DNA from: a virus
Lineage: Duplodnaviria; Caudoviricetes
DNA length: 53,997 nt
IMG/VR virus record: IMGVR_UViG_3300033153_006956
Coordinates: 1 to 53,997 of that record
Direction: 5' to 3' (one strand)
Below, piece after piece: positions 16,210-25,681 of the stretch. Position 1 is the first letter of the stretch. Each line of letters starts with the position of its first letter. Below the pieces are notes generated by a model. That model did no database searches, was not told the origin of the DNA, and saw only the letters and a program-made list of their open reading frames with translations. Both the position numbers and the translations under genes were made by a program.

Positions 16210-16371
16210 TTATTTTTTTTTCATCTTCCCAGCGACTTTTCTCAATGTAGAGTACGCCACCGCCAGCCGCTGCTTGTAGTCTGGAAATTCTTTTTTCATA
16301 GCAGTATTAGCCATAAATCGAGCGATAAACTTCTTACCCTTCTCCCCAGACTTAGGTTTTGGTATCGGCAT
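16210..16371 (-). CDS. 53-aa basic protein MPIPKPKSGE...FIARFM...EFPDYKQRLAVAYS
   Basis: Manual translation; GAGG RBS; coupled to the upstream gene. Confidence 0.65.
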   Translation of the reverse strand: MPIPKPKSGEKGKKFIARFMANTAMKKEFPDYKQRLAVAYSTLRKVAGKMKKK

Positions 16372-16964
16372 TATTCTATCACCTCGGGGAGTATTTCATA
16401 ACTGTTTTTCAGAGCATAAGTTAGCATCAGGTGAGCAAGGAATGTCCCCAGTTGTCCCCGCCTTGTTCTTTTTCGAGACCTCCAGGGTATCCAGAGGATA
16501 TGAAACCCATACTTAGCGAATACCATCCCCAGACGGTTCAGTAAGATTTCGGTATCCGGTATATGCGGGTTCTGTTGAAGGATTTCTGCTGGCGTCAGTT
16601 CAATTAACAGATATGGAAACTCGCACTGAGATAACTTCCTGAAACTCTTGGCTTGCCTCACCGCGTCCCTGGGGTTAAAGATGTTCTTATAAAGTTCTCG
16701 TTGCCCCGCCTTTCGTTCAATAACACAGCAGTCAGGGTATTTCGCCAGCCGATAATCCCCATACGGCAAGGCAATCTTTCTCGTCTTCACCTTAATCAGA
16801 ATCTGCTTTCGTGGCCGTTCAGGGTGCACAATCTTTAGTGTTGCTGGGAACTTAATAGGGCATCGCTCTCTGCTGTCCACATCCACAGTGATAGTGGACG
16901 GAATATTAAACCGGCTTTGTAAGTCAGCTTTCGTCATTTTAACCACGCCCAAACTCTTCGACAT
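16371..16964 (-). CDS. ERCC4/XPF-like nuclease (resolvase candidate)
   Basis: LPYGDY...VIERK motif. Confidence 0.7.
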   Translation of the reverse strand: MSKSLGVVKMTKADLQSRFNIPSTITVDVDSRERCPIKFPATLKIVHPERPRKQILIKVKTRKIALPYGDYRLAKYPDCCVIERKAGQRELYKNIFNPRDAVRQAKSFRKLSQCEFPYLLIELTPAEILQQNPHIPDTEILLNRLGMVFAKYGFHILWIPWRSRKRTRRGQLGTFLAHLMLTYALKNSYEILPEVIE

Positions 16965-17314
16965 TTAATATGGCTAACTTCTTTATGAGAGATGTCGTAT
17001 ATATATGCTATTATATACTGCTTTATGCCATCTGTCAACATCTTTCTAATTGTTAATACATCTGACGAAGATAATTTTCGGTTGTGATTACCATCACTTA
17101 CCCGTCTCCGAAAACTAACTGTTCGTTTTAACCCCCGAAGATGATGGGATGTGTGAACACCACGAGTCATTACTTGAAGATTTTCTATGTTATTGTTTGC
17201 TGAATTACCATCTTTATGGTGAACTACCTCATTTTCGGATAACTCTCTCCCAAGAACTCTCTCCATCATGATTCGTGAAGCTGTATATCTTTTGTATCTA
17301 AATCGTTTCTTCAT
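16934..17314 (-). CDS. HNH homing endonuclease with a C-terminal HTH
   Basis: VVHHKDGN..NN...NL...H..HH. Confidence 0.85.
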   Translation of the reverse strand: MKKRFRYKRYTASRIMMERVLGRELSENEVVHHKDGNSANNNIENLQVMTRGVHTSHHLRGLKRTVSFRRRVSDGNHNRKLSSSDVLTIRKMLTDGIKQYIIAYIYDISHKEVSHIKCRRVWAWLK

Positions 17315-19923
17315 TTTATTGTTCTTTCATACTCAATGGGAATACTTCTTCCCAATTCTTGTTCTAAAACCTTCATAAGTGGTGGGTTTGTCAAGTGTTT
17401 TTTCGCTATCTCGTCCACTTTTTCTACCTCGTCATAAGGGGTATCAATGGTAATAGAATCATACTTATTGGTACAGATAACCGACCTCATTCTGTTACGT
17501 CTCAGTTCCTGCAAGATAACAAACTGTGAACTCAATGGTATCTGCCCGCTTCCCAGTGTCTGTATCGGGAAGTTACAAATCTCGTTCATAGCACCCATCG
17601 CATTTGACATCCCCCTCCCGAATGTTCGGCTCCATCCTGTCGGTAATTCCAAATAGCCCTGCTTGGCCACTGTCTCAATTAACTCGTCCTGCCACGCCTT
17701 AAATACAGGGTGCTCTGCATACCAAGTATCAATATGTGCCTTCGCCTGCTCGAATGGTATCTCCAGTCCACAATCAGAACGTGCTGTCATCTGGTACGCC
17801 TTTGGCCCACCACGATAAATAATCAAAAAGTTCAAAGCCTTCGATGACCTGTACTCCTTCGTGTCTTTCACCTCAGATATTGGGAGAGTCAGCAAATGTG
17901 GGTACAGTGAGTAGGTCGTGTTTAAGTGGATACTCTGTCCTGGATTTTGGTACACATCCATCAGCACCGGACATCCAGACAGGAAGGCAGCCATCCGCAA
18001 TTCAATCTGGCTGAAGTCATAAGTTCTAAGAGTGCCAGCGTGGAATCTTGATTTCAAGCACGCCTTCACTGGCCGTGGGAAAGTTTGTGCTGGCGGCTTA
18101 CGTGGTGTTATCCTCCCCTGTATAGTCCCCCCCTTTTTCTCTTCCCCATTCGTACCACCCTTCTCGAACACTGTGGGAACCGGATACCATACAGGCCAAA
18201 ACCAGCCGGTTTTACGGTCTCGATAAATAATGCCCTCTCGTGGATGTGTGAGCATTTTGTTGGTATATGTATTTCTTAAATGTGAATATTCATCGTACAC
18301 TTTCATTTGCTCTGCTACTTCCCGCAACTCCCCCTCCGGCAGATACTGTAAAACCAAATTCACGTTAGCCTTGTTAGCACTTATTTCTTTTCTGACTTTA
18401 GTTCGCTCGACTCTTTTATCCCCCTGCAAATTACATTCCTCAATGGCGGCGGTCATAAATTCTACTTTTGATTTCCTCGACCCCTCCCCTCCGAAGACAA
18501 CCCCACTTTCTTCCCCTTTTTCTAATGCCCCGATACAAATTTTTTCATACTCATCATTGACAGCCTGCAATTTGGGGATGTCTATTCGTTCCCCAGCCTT
18601 CTCCATCCCCACTACATTCCAGATAATATCATTTCTCATCTTGGCACATACGCTGCCGAGTTTGGCGGAATCAGGACCATATCTGATTTTGATTCTCTCG
18701 TCTATTTCTTCCCCAAGTACAAGAGTAGCAGCGGCATCAAGACAGTTGTAGTACAGAAGGTCTGGGTCTCTGGCCGTCCCCGCATTTCCCTTTGAGCCAG
18801 TTACATTCAACCCCTGATAGTTAGCTATACCATACAGGAGAGACAATTCTTTTAAGCCCTTCTCTGGTTGACTCTCGTCCAGCAGAAAAGTTTTTATCAG
18901 CGTGTCGTCCACCGTCAAATGATTGGGGTCAAGTAGTCTGTCCAGTAGTGGGTCATTCATAATCAGGTACAGAAGGTCATACTTAAAATTTTGCCCCTGC
19001 AAAACACTCTTCGCACCTATAGCCCTTCTCACCCAGCTTCTGATTAGTTTCTGGTGTATAGGGTCGGCGAATATATAAACCGGAGTTCGTATCTTGCAGG
19101 GGCTGGAACTAAAATGAGTATCCCGATAAGCAAATGACACGGTAACTACTTGCTTCCCATAAGGCACTCCATCTACGTATTTGGATTTTGCAGGGGTAAA
19201 AACACTCTGATTAAACCCCTTCAGTATCCCGTAGGTTTCAATATCACAGGTCAACAGTGACGGCATTTTGTCTGGTACTTCCGCACCCAGTTCTGGTACA
19301 ATCTGTAGTTTATTTGGTACAAACTCCCCAGTCAGATACCGTCTCAACAGCATAAAGTGAGCCTGGATAGTACCCACCCTCTCTGGTTTTCTTCCAGGAT
19401 ACAGGATGGCTGGGTGATTAGTAAAGAAGAGAGTCGGCATCCTTGACAGTATTTCCATCGACATTGTTCCCTCTGTCAATCCCTGTAGCTTCAGCCCCTC
19501 CCCCAGACTCGACACCCCAGCTACCGACTTAGCGGCGTCAGCACCGCAGGCCAGCACCACTACCTCGTCATAGTTATCCAGCAGCTTCTGGATGTCGTAT
19601 AGTAGATGTGGCCGGCAGGCATTTATCTGTGTTTTGGTCGGTTTCTCTTTGATGGGCACACGACACCGGAGAGCATTGGACAAATAGATATCCACCAGCT
19701 CGGGTAGCTTGATAGCATTGATAAACTTCCCAAGAATATCACCACTCCATCCTATCCACGATTTACCGGCCTGGTCTTCGTGATAGCCAGGAGCCATTCC
19801 AACGACCAGCAGAGCACGGTTGTGTCCTCTAACCTCAAACTCCCGTGTGGGAATTCCAGGATTTATCGCCTCTTTACACAGTTGACAATCTTCACAATCT
19901 TGATGGCTCGGAAATTCAATCAT
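17311..19923 (-). CDS. polA: DNA polymerase family A with an N-terminal uracil-DNA glycosylase (family 4-like) domain and a 3'-5' exonuclease
   Basis: CxxC, GMAPG..ED..G...IG.SG, NALRC and HPA (UDG); DIET, NFKYD and YNCLD (exo); DFSQIELR, KALNF...Y and YDS (pol motifs A/B/C). Confidence 0.92.
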   Translation of the reverse strand: MIEFPSHQDCEDCQLCKEAINPGIPTREFEVRGHNRALLVVGMAPGYHEDQAGKSWIGWSGDILGKFINAIKLPELVDIYLSNALRCRVPIKEKPTKTQINACRPHLLYDIQKLLDNYDEVVVLACGADAAKSVAGVSSLGEGLKLQGLTEGTMSMEILSRMPTLFFTNHPAILYPGRKPERVGTIQAHFMLLRRYLTGEFVPNKLQIVPELGAEVPDKMPSLLTCDIETYGILKGFNQSVFTPAKSKYVDGVPYGKQVVTVSFAYRDTHFSSSPCKIRTPVYIFADPIHQKLIRSWVRRAIGAKSVLQGQNFKYDLLYLIMNDPLLDRLLDPNHLTVDDTLIKTFLLDESQPEKGLKELSLLYGIANYQGLNVTGSKGNAGTARDPDLLYYNCLDAAATLVLGEEIDERIKIRYGPDSAKLGSVCAKMRNDIIWNVVGMEKAGERIDIPKLQAVNDEYEKICIGALEKGEESGVVFGGEGSRKSKVEFMTAAIEECNLQGDKRVERTKVRKEISANKANVNLVLQYLPEGELREVAEQMKVYDEYSHLRNTYTNKMLTHPREGIIYRDRKTGWFWPVWYPVPTVFEKGGTNGEEKKGGTIQGRITPRKPPAQTFPRPVKACLKSRFHAGTLRTYDFSQIELRMAAFLSGCPVLMDVYQNPGQSIHLNTTYSLYPHLLTLPISEVKDTKEYRSSKALNFLIIYRGGPKAYQMTARSDCGLEIPFEQAKAHIDTWYAEHPVFKAWQDELIETVAKQGYLELPTGWSRTFGRGMSNAMGAMNEICNFPIQTLGSGQIPLSSQFVILQELRRNRMRSVICTNKYDSITIDTPYDEVEKVDEIAKKHLTNPPLMKVLEQELGRSIPIEYERTIK

Positions 19924-20067
19924 CTTTTTTCTTTTTTTTCATCCAAAGAGCGGCGTGTGTGGTCTACCAACCCGCCCTGACCACACCAGAGACCTCCCAG
20001 CTTACCCGCAGGTTTGCCTATCTCGCAGTCACCGCCGCCCAAAAATTAAAAAAATTTCTGTCTATTT

Positions 20068-20097
20068 AATGTACGCCTGGCAATTTGATTTGTTCAA
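20068..20097 (-). promoter_or_regulatory. Promoter TTGAACAAA-...-GCGTACATT upstream of the polymerase
   Basis: Member of the conserved promoter family, 18-nt spacer. Confidence 0.65.
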
Positions 20098-20173
20098 AAA
20101 AAAAATAAAAAAAAAGTGAGTTTGAACACGATTTTAGCGAAAAAAATTAAGTGGGTGAAAAAAATTTCTGTGT

Positions 20174-23100
20174 TCACCTAAGTGTCTGTGTGAGTGGGAG
20201 ATACGTTTCGAGGGCAGTCGGCTGGCTTTCTATATCCCTCGTCATTTCTGACAATCCAGCCTGCGAAACCATATGCCCGAACAGTGGTTGGTATGCTTTT
20301 GGAAATCCCTTCAGTATCCTGTTTAGCCTGCTAATCTCACGCCGATTCTGTACGGCTTTAATGTCAGATTTTTTCAGTTGGAGCGGCCCAAGTTCTGGGT
20401 ACGCCTTTTGAAATTTCTCATTTATTCTTCCCGCTTTATCCACATCATTTTCAGATAGAGCCTCTAAATACTCACGCCGGTATGCTCGCACTTTCTCCCG
20501 CTGGGACAATAACCATTTGGCTGCTCCATACTCTGCCTGCTGTGAACTTGGGGATAGCCCCATCGCTCTCAATGCCAACTGCCAGGGTGAGTAAGCTCCA
20601 ATCAATGCGTGTTTATCATTGTAAACAGGGATACGACCATCCGGCAGCCTGTTCTCATAATCAGCGTTCTTGGGGCCGAGTGTTTTATACAATCGGCGGA
20701 GTGCTAAACCACTGGGGATTAACATCGCCGCCGACCGCTTAATATGTTCTGCTTCCCCAGTTGCGAGGGATTTAACCGCTGACCCAGCTATACTGGCGAT
20801 AGGAGGAACAAGTGGGAATGGGTAGAATGGAGCGTTCTCATATGTTGGAAAAGGTAAAGCCCCATACATCAGCCCCTGACTTATATCCGCCCCTAAAAGA
20901 TTCTTAGCCCCGATATAGGCGGCGGTGGATGCGGCAGCGGTTCTCCCAATTGTGGTGAGTCTGCCAGCTCCTTCTCCCCATCTCAGTGAGGAAGTAAGAA
21001 AACCAAGATACCGCAACGGGAAGTGCATAAACTGACGTGCTGGCCCCCACATACCCAATAATGCTCTCGGCATACCAAGCGGCCCGCCCGCGAAGTGTCC
21101 AACGTGCATCATATTAGCACCAAACTCAAGGGCGTTGGCTGCAACCTGTTTCTCAGTTAAACCCTTTAGTGTGGCAGTCGCCAAGTAACCTTGCTTTCCT
21201 GAATAGAATCCAAGTAGTCTATTGAATGTCTCCGAGCCACCAAATGGAGATAACATTATTTTCTTTACTGTTTCCCAGGTTGTTCCTGCTCTACCAACAG
21301 CAGTCAATCCTTCCTTCATTCTATCCCCTGTCATCAATGCTCTTGTTACATTTGCTGCCTTTCCCGATGCCTTAACAAAATCGGGGAAAGCAATATCAAA
21401 AGCTGCATCTGCTTTCGTTCCCTTTAGAAGTTCATCTGCATATACTTTCACTTTCGGCATAAGTTCTTTGAAGCCTCTGAATATTCCAGTCATACCAATT
21501 CCTGGGGTGTGCATAAGGGTAATAAAATTCTGGAGAAGGTTCTTGGATATTGGGGACATATTTAATCCAAGAGTTGAAAGATAAAAATACTCCCCAATCT
21601 TTGCTCCAAGAGACTCAGAACTTAGAGAACTAAAATCACTGTAGTATTTTGCCAGCCACTTCTTCGTGTCTGGTGGCAACATTTTTTGGGGCAGTGGGTG
21701 AATAGTAAGCCACGTCATCATTCTATCTTTCACCTCACCAAACCGAACACTCCGTATAAAAGACTTCCAGGGTTTCATCCCCCTCATAAAAGGAGTTAAT
21801 TCGTGAGCCAAATATGTATTTTGCCAACCTCTAGTTTTATCAATAATTGGGTTGATAAGACTACTGAAACCATGTACAATTTTTCCTGGTACTGTAGGGT
21901 GTGCCACATCCGCTATGTGCCAGGCGTATGTAGAGGCTGTCGTAGTTAAGTATCTTCTAAGAGCTGGGATTACTCTCATATCGTAATGGGCTGGCTCAGT
22001 TAAAATACCTGCCACCTCTGCAATCTTCCTGTCAAATTTAGCAGACCCCGCCGCCGACCGCAACTCTCCGGCGACTTGAGCTAAAGCCCCTTCCCTGACT
22101 ATCCTGTTTCCCAAACGAGCCGAGATGTTAGAGCCAGCTCCTTTTAATGTATCGAGCACATTTCTAGTAAAGGAGGATGCCTGTACAACTGGGTCACTTA
22201 TTCTCTCAACACTTGCCCAAGAAGACCGGATAACATCCTCCATTCCTGCACCACTTCTTTTGACAATTTCCTGTAACCACCCAGTTATAGGGGTCATCCC
22301 CAGCTGCTCTGCTCGCCGTAACTGCTCCCATCTGCCAATGCTAAGTCCAGAAACCTTCTTTAGGTTGCTTGAAACATACGCATCAACCACGCCCTCCAGC
22401 TTAGCAGTATATTGTTTCCGGCTGCCCATCCAGTTTGCCAAACCTCTTGACTGTAGCCGACTGTATCGGGAATGTTCAGGGAAGTACCACTTTTGCCAGA
22501 ATCCTAGATGGGTTCCTTTTGTTTGTAACTCCGCCCTTATTACCTTTTCTTTTATAGGGTCTGGAAATATTTCTTTCCAGTAAGAATCAAGCCAGTTTCG
22601 TATCTTTTGGCTTGTACTAACCAATTCACGCCCCATTTTTTTCTGTAGACCAGGGAACAAAACTTTGGCTTTTATCTCATTCATCCCCAGTTTTCTTGCT
22701 CTTGCATTCCAAACTTTCAGAAATGCCTCAGTGCCACCCTCTGTATGTAATCCCTTTTGGTATGCCCACGACATTAACTGCTGGTCATTAGTAAGCCGAA
22801 ACCCAAAGGCATTACTCAAACTCTCGCTGTGTTTATGCAAGAAATTTCCAGTTGCCTTGCCCCATTCAGCCAACGCCTTAAAAGCTCCTTTAACATTACG
22901 AAGATTCTCAAAGGCACTATGCGTGAGAGATTCTATTGCGAAAGGTGCTTTGTCCGCCATTCCACGACCAATCTTGAACAGGACATCCGCTTTCCCCAGT
23001 GGCACCTTCAAAGCCAACAATGCCCCAATAATAAAAATTGGGTTTGTTGATATATCCACAAGGGTTTTAGTAATCGGATTTTTATTTTTCCCCTGCAAAA

Positions 23101-23317
23101 AATGTCCAGAAATTGTTTTCATTTCGGCAGGGGTTAAGGATTGCGGACTAAAAATCGCACGGGTAGCTGCGTCAACATCTCCTCTTAAAAGCAGATTGGA
23201 AAATGCAAGTTGTGGGCGGTCGTAAATCGTAATTGGAAAATCCCCAGCGTCCAGTTCCCACATTGGATTTTCATCATTCCTGAGAACAAAACCTGGGGCC
23301 TTAAATAAATCGTCCAT
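20174..23317 (-). CDS. Large internal virion/ejection protein
   Basis: 1047 aa, helical, last gene of the structural operon as in podoviruses. Confidence 0.6.
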   Translation of the reverse strand: MDDLFKAPGFVLRNDENPMWELDAGDFPITIYDRPQLAFSNLLLRGDVDAATRAIFSPQSLTPAEMKTISGHFLQGKNKNPITKTLVDISTNPIFIIGALLALKVPLGKADVLFKIGRGMADKAPFAIESLTHSAFENLRNVKGAFKALAEWGKATGNFLHKHSESLSNAFGFRLTNDQQLMSWAYQKGLHTEGGTEAFLKVWNARARKLGMNEIKAKVLFPGLQKKMGRELVSTSQKIRNWLDSYWKEIFPDPIKEKVIRAELQTKGTHLGFWQKWYFPEHSRYSRLQSRGLANWMGSRKQYTAKLEGVVDAYVSSNLKKVSGLSIGRWEQLRRAEQLGMTPITGWLQEIVKRSGAGMEDVIRSSWASVERISDPVVQASSFTRNVLDTLKGAGSNISARLGNRIVREGALAQVAGELRSAAGSAKFDRKIAEVAGILTEPAHYDMRVIPALRRYLTTTASTYAWHIADVAHPTVPGKIVHGFSSLINPIIDKTRGWQNTYLAHELTPFMRGMKPWKSFIRSVRFGEVKDRMMTWLTIHPLPQKMLPPDTKKWLAKYYSDFSSLSSESLGAKIGEYFYLSTLGLNMSPISKNLLQNFITLMHTPGIGMTGIFRGFKELMPKVKVYADELLKGTKADAAFDIAFPDFVKASGKAANVTRALMTGDRMKEGLTAVGRAGTTWETVKKIMLSPFGGSETFNRLLGFYSGKQGYLATATLKGLTEKQVAANALEFGANMMHVGHFAGGPLGMPRALLGMWGPARQFMHFPLRYLGFLTSSLRWGEGAGRLTTIGRTAAASTAAYIGAKNLLGADISQGLMYGALPFPTYENAPFYPFPLVPPIASIAGSAVKSLATGEAEHIKRSAAMLIPSGLALRRLYKTLGPKNADYENRLPDGRIPVYNDKHALIGAYSPWQLALRAMGLSPSSQQAEYGAAKWLLSQREKVRAYRREYLEALSENDVDKAGRINEKFQKAYPELGPLQLKKSDIKAVQNRREISRLNRILKGFPKAYQPLFGHMVSQAGLSEMTRDIESQPTALETYLPLTQTLR

Positions 23318-23326
23318 ATTTTCCTT

Positions 23327-23749
23327 CTAAATAATTCGTTCCCCTGGGACAGTCGGCATTTGCCCCCCACTGGAAAGAATAGCCTGGAGCATTGCAGTTT
23401 GGGCCATTTGCTTTTGTTGGGATAATTGAGGCAGCATAGACTGGTAGTAAACATCTTCTGGGCTAGCGGCCATTTGTGCTTCTATTTGTTGTCTTTGCAG
23501 GGGTTGGTCTATCACCAAGGTTTGTGTGTGTTTTTTTATCTGATTCATTATCATTTGAAGGAGAAAAAGAGCACCAAGACCTGTGCTTATTGCCCCCCCA
23601 GGGGCAGCTTTGGCCGCAGCACCAAGTCCCTTACCCGACATTAGCATTTTCAGGAAGCCTTCTTTTACAGCTTCTGCTCCAGCAGTTCCAGTCGCTTTAC
23701 TCCCAAATCCGGCAATAGTAGGAATAACTCCTGTTGTTCCATCTGGCAT
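23327..23749 (-). CDS. Internal virion (pilot/ejection)-like protein
   Basis: Gly/Ala/Gln-rich with a hydrophobic segment; position. Confidence 0.5.
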   Translation of the reverse strand: MPDGTTGVIPTIAGFGSKATGTAGAEAVKEGFLKMLMSGKGLGAAAKAAPGGAISTGLGALFLLQMIMNQIKKHTQTLVIDQPLQRQQIEAQMAASPEDVYYQSMLPQLSQQKQMAQTAMLQAILSSGGQMPTVPGERII

Positions 23750-23761
23750 TTCTTGTCTCCT

Positions 23762-24166
23762 TTATCTCAACAAACTCAAATAAGATGAGGGGACGCCGCC
23801 GCCGCCGGAGATACTGGCAGCCTGTTGTCCCATCCCACTCATCGCCTGCATTAAGCCCATCAGCATTGCGGTTTGTCTCCCCCGACTCGCCTCCAACATC
23901 CGCATTGTTTCCAGCTCTCGACTTTCCCTTTTTTCCTCTTTACGGAATCCAAGTAATTGCTTCATAAGAGCTTCCATCCGCTCTTGCTCCCGTTTCCCCA
24001 TCTCTGCTTGGGTTTTTTGGCTTTTTATCATTGCTTCTATCTGACGCATACCAATATTCTTTTGGCCCAAAGCCTCATATCCTTTTAGCCCAAAATGTGC
24101 CGCACCTCCCGCCACTATCCAAGGAAGAAGTTTCAATGCTAGTGCTGTTGTTGTTATTGGCTCCAT
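23762..24166 (-). CDS. Internal virion (pilot/ejection)-like protein
   Basis: Likely start MEPITTT after GAAGGAG; hydrophobic N-terminus and coiled coil. Confidence 0.5.
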   Translation of the reverse strand: MEPITTTALALKLLPWIVAGGAAHFGLKGYEALGQKNIGMRQIEAMIKSQKTQAEMGKREQERMEALMKQLLGFRKEEKRESRELETMRMLEASRGRQTAMLMGLMQAMSGMGQQAASISGGGGVPSSYLSLLR

Positions 24167-24167
24167 T

Positions 24168-25676
24168 TTAATCTCCTTCATCCCAGGGGAAAGCCCCAAT
24201 TTCTTCTGCTCCAAATTCTGGTTCTTCTCTGCCAAGCCCTGTCATATATGCTTCTCTCATCGCATCCTGCTTGGCGGCGAGTCTATCTATCAATTCTTTT
24301 GGCATACCTTTGAATAGGTCTCCCTTAAACAATTCTATAATTTCATCCCCACCCATCATACTTGCATTTTTATATATCCTTGTTGCGATGTCGATTTGCT
24401 CCTCAATACTTGACTCAGGGGCAGCACGAAGTGGTTTGAGTCGCCCCATTGGGCCATTAAGCCAATCACTTACTACTTGACCGACTTTTGGTTTCTTCCC
24501 AGCTTCTTCTCCAACTGCACCTGCCGAAATTGGTATATCTACATTCTGCAAGTTCAGAAGAGAGTTCTTGGCCGCCTGGATTTGGAGAAGCTGTTTCTCC
24601 AATACCCCAAGCTCTTTGCCTTTTTTTGATAATCTTTCTTTCTTTGGCCTAGCCTCATAGACAAGTCCTTTTCTTGTTATTTTGGTTTTTGGTAGTTCAC
24701 CTCTAAATATTGCCTCTTTCGCCATCTGAAGATTTTTTACTCCACCAACAAAAGGAACCACAGTTTGCCACCATTTAAGAGTTATATCTTCTTCGGGTAT
24801 AAATAGTGCGTCTCCCTCCCCCTTCAAACTATTCACTCGTTCCCCCGTTACTCTCTCCGCTGCTGTGAGGACTCTATACATTCCCTGAACATCACTTTTG
24901 CGTATTTGTGTACCAACCAATTTACTATTCGATACCTCATTTCCAGGGGTCAGCATCCCCACAGTAAGACCTGTTATATTACTTCTCTGTAATTCTTTTT
25001 CAACAGCCTTTTGCCACCCACCAGGTTCCCCTGCTGGAATGTCAAACAAAGGTTCACCGACCATATCGGGGTCTTTCCTTAAGTTTTCAAGGCTTTTAGC
25101 CTTTTCAGTATTATATATAGTAGTCTCTTTATCGATTGAATCTACCATCTGTTGATACTTAATATCACGAGCTTCCTTATCAGCTTCCCCCGCCATATTC
25201 AGTTTGGTTAATTCAAATAAAGCCCTTGTATTTTCCCCAAGAGCATTTATTGCGTTCATATTTCCGATAAAACCCATCGCCTGAGCTTCCTGTATAACAG
25301 GTAAAATATTTTTTTCAATATGCTCTGTATGCAACCTATGCGTAAGTTTTACATTATCACTACTGTGCTGTGCCCGCAAATTTTCCAAGGCTACCCTGTG
25401 TTTCCGTTCGGCCTCTGCGTTTCTTAAACTCTCAGCCGCTCGTCTATCTGAAACCGCCGCCTGCATAGCTGCCACAGCCTGTCGACTACTTGCTCCAATC
25501 TGTGCAGTCCGAACTTGTGCCCCAGCCTGTATCTTCCCCCGCTCGGTAGCTCCAGCCTGCCTCATAGACTCAAGCAGCCGATTCTCCGCAAGTGCTCTCG
25601 CCCGCCCTGCCGACTCCAACACTCCTGGAGCCATTTGTCCGCCCACACTTGGCCTTGGTTCTTGTGCTCTTGCCAT
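24168..25676 (-). CDS. Internal virion protein, coiled-coil
   Basis: Position and composition. Confidence 0.5.
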   Translation of the reverse strand: MARAQEPRPSVGGQMAPGVLESAGRARALAENRLLESMRQAGATERGKIQAGAQVRTAQIGASSRQAVAAMQAAVSDRRAAESLRNAEAERKHRVALENLRAQHSSDNVKLTHRLHTEHIEKNILPVIQEAQAMGFIGNMNAINALGENTRALFELTKLNMAGEADKEARDIKYQQMVDSIDKETTIYNTEKAKSLENLRKDPDMVGEPLFDIPAGEPGGWQKAVEKELQRSNITGLTVGMLTPGNEVSNSKLVGTQIRKSDVQGMYRVLTAAERVTGERVNSLKGEGDALFIPEEDITLKWWQTVVPFVGGVKNLQMAKEAIFRGELPKTKITRKGLVYEARPKKERLSKKGKELGVLEKQLLQIQAAKNSLLNLQNVDIPISAGAVGEEAGKKPKVGQVVSDWLNGPMGRLKPLRAAPESSIEEQIDIATRIYKNASMMGGDEIIELFKGDLFKGMPKELIDRLAAKQDAMREAYMTGLGREEPEFGAEEIGAFPWDEGD

Positions 25677-25681
25677 ATTTT

